Source: Balanoglossus misakiensis (taxonomy: Eukaryota > Animalia > Hemichordata). Taken from it: 64,000 nt of DNA. Within the stretch, counting starts at the first letter, position 1, and each line of letters starts with the position of its first letter. Location: NCBI GenBank assembly GCA_040954595.2, contig CM082582.2, forward strand, positions 124,001-188,000. The letters run 5' to 3'. The translations under genes and the position numbers were made by a program. Positions 25,794-38,100 of this stretch are shown here, one piece after another. The notes under the pieces were generated by a model that ran no database searches, was not told the origin of the DNA, and worked only from the letters and a program-made list of their open reading frames with translations.

Positions 25794-26346
25794 ATCATCC
25801 GAGTACTTTTCCCAGCATGCAGTTGCCAAGAAGGCTGCACAGGGAGTTTTTAATTTTGCACTGGTATACAATTTTTTTATTCGTCAATTTCACAGACACG
25901 TGCATTGCACATCAAAATTTTGCGTCAAAAGTGAGGACAACTTAACTAGGTACCAATGCAATGTGGTTTTAGGCGGATTTGAACTTTTCCTTTAATGTAA
26001 CAGTTGTATTGACATGCGATTATCATACTGAACATGAATCAATCTCAAAATTGCTAAAAATAAAATAATTCAGAACATTTAGATTCTACAATGGTGAAAA
26101 AATATGACAAACCTCCCAAAATTCTTATTTTTGAGGCCATTTTACAAAAATCTACGAGCCTGGCAAAATCTGACAGAGGTGCTAGATAAAGGGCACTTTT
26201 TCAAAACTCTAGATGGTTGACCCCAAGTATGCTTATTTGGTTAAATTTTAAAAGGAAATCACCCGCTGTTTTAGAGTTAATATTGCGAAAGGGACTTCAT
26301 AAGTTGTCTGAAAACACCAGTTTCCCCAATTTTCACTAATGTATAG

Positions 26347-27002
26347 GAATACTTGAGAAGTCGGCCAGATTAGAAGTCGGCCAGTACGCGCGTATGAGAA
26401 GTCGGCCAGTACGAGAAGTCGGCCAGTTGTTGAACTTGTACCCGAATAGTGCAGTGATGACCCAGATTACTTATAACAACACTTAATAAAATATAATTGC
26501 ACTAAATATTTTCATTTGGACGGATTTCCCAAATTCTTGACAACACAATGGCGTCATTTCAAATAATGGCGTCTGGCATCCGTACCGGTTCGCCAGCCCC
26601 GTATCCGCGTAAGGAGCTTAGGTTGTTCGCCAAATTCCTGTGACATTTCTGATTAAAGGGAGTTGTTTCAAAGCCTACTAAAATACATAGAAGATGTATG
26701 TGTATATTCATACTTTGAGACAAAACCAAACAAACAAACGTGACGAGGAACAGACTACTGGCGCAGCGCAAGAAGTGCAGGTGACTGATGTTGACGTACC
26801 CCGTTGACGTACATGAAAAGTGAACAGACAGTTTTAAAATTCATCGGCTATTTGTACAAATATCTCAGCTCCTGTACATCAAGGAAACATCTCGTAGTGA
26901 AACAGTTATATATAACACAAAGTACCAGGGTTCTCTCCCACAGGCCGACTTCTCGTACTGGCCGATACCGACTTCTCATACTGGTCGACTTCTCAGGACA
27001 CC
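26347..27002. mobile_element. Copy B of the 8-bp-TSD DNA transposon (lacks the nested Kolobok MITE)
   Basis: ATGTATAG at 26339-26346 and 27003-27010; same subterminal repeats as 20-1025. Confidence 0.8.
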
Positions 27003-28799
27003 ATGTATAGCATAGCTGTTGAACTCAAAAAATATGTAAAACTACAAGTGATGTAAACAACTTGTGGAACCATGTTCAAATCGAGACCAGAAGAAAAGAG
27101 ATTTCAAGACTTACCTCCTTCAACACTTTACTGCCCTGTAGCGCACTGTGTGACATTTGTAGTTGTGCATTCATAACCAGAAGGACGTGGCCGAACCTAG
27201 CGAGTATGAACCTATCGCAGAAAAAATTCAAAGAACGATTGGTTTGGTCCAACGATCCCTTATTAGAGAGATGTCCGTAATCACAGGTGTTACTGTACTA
27301 TACCTCTTCAGTGGAATCATTGTGTTTTTCAAAGCGCATCACAATATCAACTCCAATGAGCATAACAGTTTAATTTTCTGTGTATGTCATGCTATAACAC
27401 AGGGAAGTCACAAGAGTGATTTGCAGCCCAACTTACCAGTAACTGTTGAACAATCAACTACGGGTGACATGGTTGGACACTTGGATCCTGCTGGACAAGG
27501 CGTGCATGTGCCGTCGCCTTCCATTGCATATTCACCATTGCCACAGTCAAGCGGATCTTACATTGAATCTGTACACGATTGTCCAGCAGGGCACAGAAGA
27601 CGGGATGTGCGTGCAGGCTCCGCACTTATTTCATCTGATTAAAGAAAATGAGGTTTTTAGGGGCACAAGCCTATCGGGCTTGTGCCCCTATTGGTATTGT
27701 TGGAATATTTCTTCTTTATTATTAGGGCCCAAGCGCAAGCAAGCGCTTGGGCCCTATTGGTTTCGTTGGGGTTTTTACGGGCCCAAGCCAAGCCAGGCTT
27801 GGGCCCGTATTGGTTTCGTTGGGGTTTTTAGGGCCCAAGCGCATACCAGCGCTTGGGCCCTATTGGTTTCGTTGGGGTTTTTCTGTCTTTCTTTCTTTCT
27901 TCTTTCTTTATTCTTCTGTCATTTCTTTGTCGCTCTAGATCTCAGACACCACTGCAGGTACAGTTCTCAAACTTGCTACAGTGGTCAAGGTCAATGAGTA
28001 GTCGTGCATTGAACCCATGATTTTTTAATTAGTCACATGACCTGGCGGCCATCTTGGATTTTCTGAAAAAATGCAAATCTCAGATCTCAGAAACTACAAG
28101 TCAGATCGACTTCAAATTTGGCGTGCAGGTAGACTACCTTCTGTCAAACATTTTTGTAATTGGAAATTATGCTGTCAATGTTGCAGTTTTTTTGCTACAA
28201 TTTTTTTTCTGAAATCTGGCTTAAATTTCAAAAATCTTCTTCTCTAGAACCGGTGATAACCGAGACACGGGGTTTGGGGTATGTGGTCACCTAACTGAGG
28301 TCTATCAAGTTTGCGAAGATCATTGTGATTGGTCGAGGATTATGGCGGCCATATTGGATTTTCGAAAAACCCTAGTAAAATTTCAAAAATCTTCTTCTCG
28401 AGAACCGGCGATAACCGAGTCACAAGATTTTGTGTGTGTGGTCATTCACCAGATGTCTATCAAGTTTGCGAAGAGGAATGTGATTGGTCGAAGATTATGG
28501 CGGCCATATTGGATTTTGTGAAAAACGATTAAAAAGTAAAAATTCCCTTTCTAGCCTAAAAATTGATAGCACAGAAATTCTTTTTATGGATATGAATCAT
28601 CATATAACAAGAATAAGCTATAAATATTTTGGTAATTTTGGCAATGACCTTTGACCTACTTTTGACGCATCAATTTTCTGCATATCTAATTCCAGGCTAA
28701 CCAATAGGGCTATAAGTTTGGTTTTTGATGTATGTGGATTTGTATGTGATCAAAAAATTTTGCTACTTTTCATGACCCCTTTGACCTCTGCTGACCTCA

Positions 28800-29650
28800 T
28801 TAAATATGCGCATACCTAATTACAGTTGAACCAATAGACCTAGAGGTTTTGTTTTTGTTGGACAGGACAAGTATGGGGTCAAAATTTTTTACCCAAATTT
28901 TGGGTGACCTCTGGTGACCTTTGACCTACTTTCGCATATCTCGACATCCATAGCAGATACAGCCTTGGCGTTTGGAGGTATGGGGCCATAATGAAAAGCC
29001 AAAGTTTTGGCTCACCTGTGACACCTGCTTCACTCATTATTTATGTGCATACCTAATTCTGGGCTAACCAAAAGGGCTAGAGGTTTTGTTTTTGTTATAC
29101 ATGGACCAGTATGGGGTCAAAATATTTTGCCCAAATGTTGGGTGACCTCGGGTGACTTTTGACCTACTTTTGCATAACTTGACATCCACAGCAGATACAG
29201 CCTTGGCGTTTGGAGGTATGGGGCCATAATGAAAAGCCAAAGTTTTGTGTCACCTGCGACACCTGCTTTACTCATTATTTATGTGCATACCTTATTCCGG
29301 GCTAACCAAAAGGGCTAGAGGTCTGGTTTTTGTTGGACATGGACCACTCTGGGTCAAAATTTTCTGCCCAAATTTTGGGTGACCTCAGATGACCTTTGAC
29401 CTACTTTTGCATATCTCGACATCCACAGCAGATACAGCCTTGGCGTTTGGAGGTATGGGGCCATAATGAAAAGCCAAAGTTTTGGGTCACCTATGACACC
29501 TGCTTTACGCATTAATTATGTGCTTACATAATTACAGGTTTACCAACACGGCTACAGGTCTGGCGTTTGTTCGACATGGACATAGTATGGGGTCAAACTA
29601 TTTTGTCCGAATATCGGTGTGGCCTTAGGTGACCTTTGATTTACTTTCGT
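28800..29650. repeat. Internal ~238-bp tandem subrepeats of the HINE body (about 3.5 copies)
   Basis: gcagatacagccttggcgtttggaggtatggggccataatgaaaagcc recurs at ~28953, ~29191 and ~29429. Confidence 0.85.
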
Positions 29651-32600
29651 ATATATCAGCATCCATAGTAGGTTCATTCTTGTCCCTGGGGTGACCTTGT
29701 CTTATTTTTCCATATCTCGTCTTTCAGAGCAGATAAAGTATTTGTATTTAGTATGTTGAAACACTTTACGGGTTGTTATACTTAAGCAAATTGTATGCCT
29801 AATAATAAGAGGGCCATAGATGTTTTGTGTTTTGGATATGTACTAGTATGTGACAAAATTAAATGACAAAAGTTTGTATGGCCATTGGGTGATATATCAG
29901 CCAAACCAGATATATTGTACAGAGTAAAGATAGATAAGAAAATCAGACATAGAAGTTATGTTTTAAGTGGTCAGAGACCTATAATGTACATTAAAATAAA
30001 GAGATAACTACAATAAAGGCTGCTTTCAAACAAGCACTGATTCAACTGAAAGGTTTATCTTAAATAAATAAAAGGTTGATAACAGTAGAGGTTTGTGTTT
30101 GTTATTGCAAGAATAAGACATCAAATCAGGTCGAATAATCAATATCATTCAAGGTAAGCTAATTACCAGGTCCATATAATAAATAAGAGAAAAATGACAA
30201 TTTCTACAGGATCATTTTGAACCACTGCTAAGCTCTTGTACCAGGTGTCCGGAATGGGTAAGTGTGCCCTCCTAGTATGTTACACCCGTCAATACTGACC
30301 ACAAGTGACAAATTGTAGTAAAATTTGACTTAACTACAAAATTACTGATGCAAGTTAAATCCAGGAATGCTGTCACTCATCATTTGAGTAACATACAGCA
30401 TTTTTGGAAACAACATCATTTATCTACCATAGAACTACTTAAATGACCTAACTGTTCTGCTTTTGCAGAATCCTTATCTTACAAGCTTGAACATTAATAA
30501 GCTGTGTCTTACTCTAAAATCCTCATATGAATCACATGCTCTACAGTATCTTAGGCACTGTTTTTGGCTATTATGTGATGATGCACACTTTGCCATTTAT
30601 AATTCATATGTTACCCAGTAGTTTTATATTGAAGCAAACCAAGCTGGCTTTAATCTAATGACTATGGCCAAGTGTAGTAACAGACAATATTTAATTCTTC
30701 CACCAAGAGAATTGGTGTACTTATGTTACCATCTATCTTAATCATTTGAATATCCAGTTTCCTTTCAGTGCATGTTGACATATCAAATACTTAAAAACAT
30801 ATATATTAAGAGGACATATCTAATAGAACACTTATTAAGTGTGGAAATCTGACCCTGGCAAATGTCTACTAGAATTTCAAAATGCAGTTTTTGGCCCTTT
30901 TGTGATATCATTCAAGAATACAGGGAATACTTGCATAATGTTTCTCACTGTGCAATATAACTTCAGTGCATAAACAAAAAAACGGGGTCAGAAATTACCC
31001 CTTTGCTATATAAAAAGTGGTGATTATATGTATGACATTCAGATTAAATAAACTACATTGTTTCTCTTGGATACATAACATATTGCCATCATGGTACTGT
31101 ACATGACAGCTAGAGTAATTCATACTCTATAATCTCATTGTAAGCTCGATGTGGTCTAAACAGTTTGCAACTATACAGTCAAATACATGGATCGAAGTTT
31201 AACCAACAGTCAAAAACAGGATGGACATCATAAATTATTTTACTGAATCATTGAATGTTCTATCTTGTACATGTATGTGTACCGTATGTGCATAGTGCAG
31301 ATTGAGTACAGTTCACCAATATTTCAGCATGTTTCAACTATTAAAACAACAGAAACAGTTTTTAATATTGAAGAAAACTCTTAACAATTGCTGAATAAGA
31401 GTTTTTCTCTTAAGAGCATTCATCTATATATGAAATGAACAATTTGTAGATGTGTCACTGTTTTAAAGCAAGCTAGGCACAGGCTAATCTTTTACAATAC
31501 AATGTTCCTTGATGACTTCTGCAGGGTTCAATGAACACAAATAGCTTAATCCACACATGGTAGTGATATGAACAAAGTTAAATAATTAACACATATATAT
31601 TAAATACAGATATTTCTGTTTGTAAATATTTCCATTTTTTCTATTTATGCCGATTACTCCATAGGATATGAAAACCCTTTCCATACAGATCGAAACATCA
31701 TCTTTCTATTATATCCGTCATGCAACAGACTACAGTTCATTAACAGCATAGCATTCCTAATAATGTTTCTGGGTAATTATGGAGCTTGCTCAAAAGCACA
31801 CATTGTTGCTATGTATATGTGTGACACTTTAATAATGAGACAAACTCTCAGACCCACTATCTTGTGACAGTGTTCTATTTGCTTTTTCCCTTCGACCAAA
31901 TTCACATCTACAGTTCACTTGTATTAAAATGCATTGATTTCTGTGCTGTATATTCACATGTGCTATCTACACTGAAATGCCATACAGCTTCTGTGGCAAC
32001 AGCTCAACAAATACCATTCGAAGAAATTAATTATTAACCCCTGTTTCTCCAGGTCAATGTACCATATTTTTACTTTTATAATACAATCTTCTATTCTTCA
32101 CACTACATTTGATGATAAAATTTACAATTTCCAACATCAATTTATATTAGAATTAATGTTCTAATCCAACCAACATGACTTTTAACTATCATAAAATATT
32201 CAACAGACAGAATGATGTGTGATGATAAACTTTAGAATGTCAAACCATTCAGTAAATGCTCAAATAAAGCCAACTATGCTGATCAAAATGTTTATAATTG
32301 TAAAATATCCAACACACACAATCTTTTTTTGATAACAAAATATAATTGTAAAGATTTCAATTACTTTTCAAACAAAATGTAACAACACTGATTCTAAATA
32401 ATTAATCACCCTTAAATAATCAATGAACACAACCATGTTTAATAATAAATCTGACAATTTCAAAGATGTTACTTAGTGTTGTAATGAAAATGAAAATTTC
32501 ATGTATGTCATGTTGACACAAACTTTAAAAACATAAAATCTCCAACACAGTATTTCATTTGAGAAAAAGAATACAAGTTCAAACATTTCAAGCCACATTG

Positions 32601-33139
32601 TTTCCAAATAAATAGTTATCAAATTCACAGAACCATGTTTGATAATAACAATGACAATTTAAACATTTCAATTAATGTTGTAAAATAACTATCCTGAGTC
32701 AAATTCGGCTATTTACAAGGTATACCAAACACTAGTAAACTTTTTCCATAATTAAATGTACAATTTCAAACATTACTTTTACTCTCATAATAAAAGCAAA
32801 TATCTTTACTACAATTATTAATTATCCAGTATTACAGTATACAATAAGATGTTCAAAATACAGCATCTGACTATCTTTTGACAAAATGCAATAAATACAC
32901 TATACCACACAGAATTGAAGGCAGAGAAATTATATATATATACTCAATATTGAGTCTGCACACAAAGATGATTATCCCATGATGTTACTGTAATATTTAA
33001 CATTGTAATTACATCCTCCGGAGCTTCCAAATTGAACGATAACACTTTCCATGAAATGGATTAATTGCTGTAAAATACTTAACATATTTAAGAATAATGT
33101 TGTATATTAATAGAAAATGCCTCCACATCATACTGGTAC

Positions 33140-33214
33140 ACATGCACGCACATACATGCCGGTACATACATACATAGATACATACATACATACATACATA
33201 TACATGCATGCATG

Positions 33215-33253
<39 letters not shown>

Positions 33254-33270
33254 GCATATACACATGTACA
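33140..33270. repeat. (TACA)n/(CA)n microsatellite
   Basis: Seen directly. Confidence 0.9.
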
Positions 33271-33885
33271 TATGTTACAAATGTACATATGCCAGTGCAT
33301 ACATAACACAGACATACAGACAGATAAAACATTATGACAGCCAGGCAGCCTGTCTTAAATTACTAAATCCTTCGCCTGAGTTTATCTTCTTCTGAAAGTT
33401 AAATCATTTCAAATTTGTACCAAAATATATTTTAATTCTTCTCTATATTAAACACATTTATACTACATCACATCACCTAATCGGCCTTGAAGTCTGGATA
33501 TCCACATATCCTTTTCACCTTAACAGCATTCTCCTCGCTCTAAAAAGGCAGCTAGAGTTGTAACCTTTCGCGACTTCACAGCACACTTGGCTGTTTTATT
33601 TAAATATTTGAATATTCTTGATATCTTCAAACCACACAAACTTCAATTGTGTACCTTTTTGTATGACCTGTGGTCAATGACAATTTACCTCTCTGTTTCA
33701 CTAACTATTGTTCATTAGCGCCTCACCAATACAGTACATGACATAAAAATCAAGGAAATCTTTTTGTTCCAACTGTCAATACATCCATATGTAAATTTGC
33801 AATATCCTATGCTGGTACTGTATTATGGGGAACTTTGCCGCATCAGATCAAAAACGTCATCAAAAAATAGAAATTATAAACTAGA

Positions 33886-33887
33886 AT

Positions 33888-33926
<39 letters not shown>

Positions 33927-33991
33927 TACATTTATTTATTTATTTATTTATGTATTTATTTATTTATTTATTTATTTATTCATTTGTTTGT

Positions 33992-34035
<44 letters not shown>

Positions 34036-34090
34036 TTATCAGTACATTTATTTATCAGTATATTTATTTATTAGTCTATTTTCATACATT
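33886..34090. repeat. (ATTT)n microsatellite
   Basis: Seen directly. Confidence 0.95.
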
Positions 34091-34460
34091 GTATTAATTG
34101 ATTGATGATTTATTTTTGAACATTTTAGTATCTGTAGCACCTTTACAAAGTTGATTAATTGTATTTTCTGTTATAATTTATTTTAACCCTGTAAACAGTT
34201 CTCCTATTTTCTGTTTTCTTTCACCCTCAGTTTCATCCTTTCTCAGTTTTATCCTTAGCTGCATGCAGATGTGGTTGTCATCATATTGGAATTGTGTTGA
34301 TGTATGTATAAATTTTATCACAATGCTCTTTATCCTGTATTTGTAACTTGATTAGTGAGACTGAAGACATTTTTTACATTTGTTGTTGACAATAAACTAT
34401 TTGAATTGAACATAATTGATTTATCCTAGCAGGCAGTATAAGTACTTTCACTAGTTTTGC

Positions 34461-34624
34461 TCCCAGACCTCATCGCTATGCATCCTAGTGCACTACTGGC
34501 AGTATGATTAGGCAAGGAGAATAGCAACTAGCAAGAGTCGCTCCGCCAGCACAGGATACTTGCCCGGTCATGTCCTACCACCAGAGGCACATGTTTTGCC
34601 TTGGCGAAGCAACAAGGTCTGGAA
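34461..34624 (-). ncRNA. Candidate structured RNA element (five-way junction), family unknown
   Basis: 17-bp closing stem plus four abutting hairpins, with about 10 G-U pairs valid only on the minus strand. GC-richer island in AT-rich DNA. Folded by eye; no expression evidence. Confidence 0.55.
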
Positions 34625-34756
34625 CCATCTGTCACCAATCTTTTTGTTTACAAAGGCCATTTTTGAAGCATGTACCTGAATGAGGTTTTTCCTTGTCATG
34701 TTTTTTTTCTTTATTTTTCTATTTACTTATTTTATTTCAAATACAAGTGTAAATTA

Positions 34757-35134
34757 CTATATTTTGATGCTTATTGCTTCATGAAAGCTGAAGTATTTTG
34801 GTATAACATTTACTGTCACATCTTTTATTCCTTTCACATACACATGATCAATCAGTGTATTAGCTTCTGTAGTTGGTTGGCTTACAGATTGTCTGAAACC
34901 ATGATCTTCCATGAACTTTACAAGTGATAACCGAGTCAATATATCTTCATTGAAATCACCCATGATCAGTTTGCCTCCTGGGTATTTTTCCATTGCTTTC
35001 ACCAAAGAAACCATGCTATTTTTGAATACCTCTGCTTTGTATGATGGTGGTCTGTAAACTACAGCTACTGTAACATTGATTTTAGCAACATAAAATGAAA
35101 TACATTCCAAATTACACACACCCAAATGCAACAT
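34757..35134 (-). pseudogene. C-terminal half of the Helentron AP-like (EEP) endonuclease
   Basis: VVYRPP, IMGDFNED, TLIDHVYV and YFSFHEAI motifs; N-terminal half missing; out of frame with the Rep ORF. Confidence 0.88.
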
Positions 35135-38100
35135 TCAAAAAACAATGAAATCTATGATCAAACATTCTTGCTGCTGTTACGGGATTTCGTCTCAAGATAC
35201 CACATTTCTCAGACCAATCGAGATCCTCAGCATTACGTACATCACCTTCTTCAAGTAGGATAGTCTCAATTACTTCTTTCCACCTTAAGTCAGCAGCAGA
35301 AAATGAGCAGAACCATGTTGGTATACCTAACTGTCTAATCATTGCAAACAAATCTTTCTGTGTAGCTTGCCAATAAGGAGGAGTTCCTCGTACTGGTTTT
35401 AAAAACTTGTAGCCTTCATCACATTTCAATATCTCTCTCAAAGAATCCCCATCAGTCAGAACATCAGATGTCACCTTTTTGCCACAAGCATTGGCAGTGC
35501 CTTTTCTCAAAGCGATTGACACATTTGATACAACCTGGTCAAGTTCTGAACGATATTGTGCATAGAATATATAGTCTGTGCTTCTGGCAAACCTGTTACT
35601 TGCATTCATTAGACGACTCTGCAGGTATCGCCCTATTGTTATCTTAACCTCTCGGTCATCGTGAAATGTTGGTGACCCAGTTGGGAATATCACAGGAAAG
35701 CACTTCGCTTCATTGAACTTTTCCATCAACACTCTAACAGGTTTATTATCCTCACCAGGAGCAACACAAGCGATATCGTCAAAGTGATAATCCAGAATAT
35801 CCTGACCAATGTCAACTGGTTGAAAGCATGTGTCCATGAATATTCCATTTGTATCTCTATCAGGTTCATTTCCATCTTCTGTGTCTGATGCTACATCATT
35901 GCCTTCAGTATCTAACAATTTTTCCTCAGTGTTTCCATTACTTTCACCATCAGATTTTTCTTCAGTCTTTTCAAGAGTATTTTCCCAAGTGAGATTGAAA
36001 TTTACATCATTATACCACATGTTACTCTTCTTTAGGTATTCCAGTGCATTTTGAATGTGTCCTTTGTTTACAAATTGATACTCATAACAACCTTTATAAC
36101 TTAATTTCCGCTTTAATTTCACCTTTATCATCTGGTCATCCAATTCACCTCTAGGCAAAATACTTGTGGCTTTTTCTATATTAGATGGGACACACACAAC
36201 AGGTCCATGAACACCATTTTGTCCACCTCTTGGCAGAGCCATCATTTTCATGAAAGGAATATGCAGTGCAATTAAATGTTGCTCTAAAGAATTCAGACAT
36301 TTTAATTCATCAGGGATTGGTTTCACATCAAGATTGTTTGCAGCAGCTTGAACAGGCATCTCTGCACGCAAGAGTTTGCTATGGCATGTGTGACACATCC
36401 ATAATTTACTAGCTGCACTGCTCTTAAGGGGACAATCAACAATACATAATTCACTACAGTTGTGTACATACTCTTGTGTTATGCATTTGTTGGCATTCAT
36501 TTCACAAAGACCTCCCTTAGAGACATAGTTATCCATCTTACAAACAAGGACCTGCCTTCTAAAAAGTCGCCGATGACAAACTGAACATACACAATTTGGC
36601 CCAACTGAAATCTGATTCTGGAAATCAATTATAACACGCTCTATATTTCCCTTTTCAATCTTTGTCACTTTCCTCTCAGTACGTCTTCTCTCCAGTACAG
36701 TTTGTTTATAAACGTGATCCTGTTGGTAACGTTCCAAACATTTTTTTGGGGTCCGGTTTTGAAACTCTTCGTCTCTGTTATACTTGTCAAGAAATTGTGC
36801 TGCATTCTGACTTTTTTTGTGTTCTCGGAACTTCTGATCGTTTTGGAACTTGTTAGCAAATACTGCTGCAGTCTGTCTCTTCTGATGTTCTCGAAACTCC
36901 AGATCTTTTTTGTACTTGTCAACACATTGTGCTGCACTCTGTCTCTTCTTTTGTTCTCGGAATGCCTGATCTTTTTTGTACTTGTCAACACATTGTGCTG
37001 CACTCTGTCTCTTCTTTTGTTCTCGGAATGTCTGATCTTTTTTGTACTTGTCAACACATTGTCTCTTCTTTTGTTCTCGGAACGTCTGATCTTTTTTGTA
37101 CTTGTCAACACATTGTGCTGCACTCTCACTCTTCTTGTGCTCTCTGTATAGTGGAACTTTTTCATATTTTGCCAAACATTGTTCTGCACATACAGTTTTC
37201 TGTACTTCACGAAATACTAGGTCATGATCGTATCTTCCTGCAAGTCTACGTTTTTTGTTCTCTCTGTACAGTACATCTTCATGATATCTCTTTCTTCTAA
37301 CCGATTTTATATTGTCTCTATATTCACAATTAGTCTGATAGCGTTCATATTGTTTAGCTGCTTTAGAGCTCTTCAGACTACTGGGTACATTTAATTGATT
37401 CAATTTACCTCTTTCACTTTCATACTTTTCACGCCTGAGTTTCTTTTTCAGCCGTTCACCCATGGCTCTTCCACGTTTCTCACCTCTTACTGGTGCAAGA
37501 CACGGAAGTTCTTCATGTGTTGCAAATACTTCATCCAAATGGAACTCTTGTTTCAAACCAATCTGTTTTGAACACTCATTGTCTGTCACATCCATGCATT
37601 CTCCAATAGGGACAACTACATTGCAATCAATGTGTGTACAATGACAGGTTTCCAACTGTGGTGTCTTCACACACTCAACTACTTCATAATGGTTTCTATT
37701 GCGATGGTTCAGGTATATACCAACACCTCTATCAACATTATTTTTATTGATTAAATTACAAGAATGTTTCCACCAACTATCAAAACTGTACACAAAAATA
37801 TTCACATTGAAGAGATTTGTAGTGGCAAGGATTTCAGTTTCTGTAGCCCATGTTCCAAGACGATCCATTCTGGACTTCTCAATATAATCAGCAACTGATG
37901 TATATCCATCTAACCTTACCCAGCCTGAATATACTTCCTCATTGGCTTTCAAGTGATTCACAATAGCCGTTCGAATTACTCCATGATTTCGCTCAGTCCC
38001 ACTTATACAATATGACAAGGACCTAAAAAAACAGTTACCATCACCAATTATTGACTTGTAATTACATGGGTCTCCAATTGTAACACTTCCAAGTTTATTT

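Larger units (their letters stand above)
1..26327. repeat. Tandem segmental duplication, copy A (start lies outside window; exact junction not visible)
   Basis: Position 1 (aattttcactaatgtatagg) recurs at 26328. Colinear matches continue: 1661 = 50847, 4865 = 53692, 13460 = 59140, 15505 = 63033, about 16459 = 64000. Confidence 0.95.

Noticed and set aside
27658-27870. Palindrome-spacer array resembling CRISPR or bacterial REP/terminator clusters
   Set aside because: The spacers are nearly identical and each palindrome pairs with a distal Helentron terminus.
33009-34105. ORFs of 75-113 aa (YVCMYVC..., FIYLFIYL...)
   Set aside because: Translations of (TACA)n and (ATTT)n microsatellites.
34426-34480. 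Hammerhead ribozyme (minus strand GCGAUGAG...GAAA-GUAC..UAC-U)
   Set aside because: The core should be CUGAnGA but reads CGAUGA, the cleavage-site base would be G, stem II is not evident, and the GAUGAG is sequestered in the 17-bp P1 stem.
29720-34750. Fanzor/TnpB or other accessory gene beside the structured element
   Set aside because: No ORF of suitable length and no RuvC or zinc-finger motifs in any listed frame.
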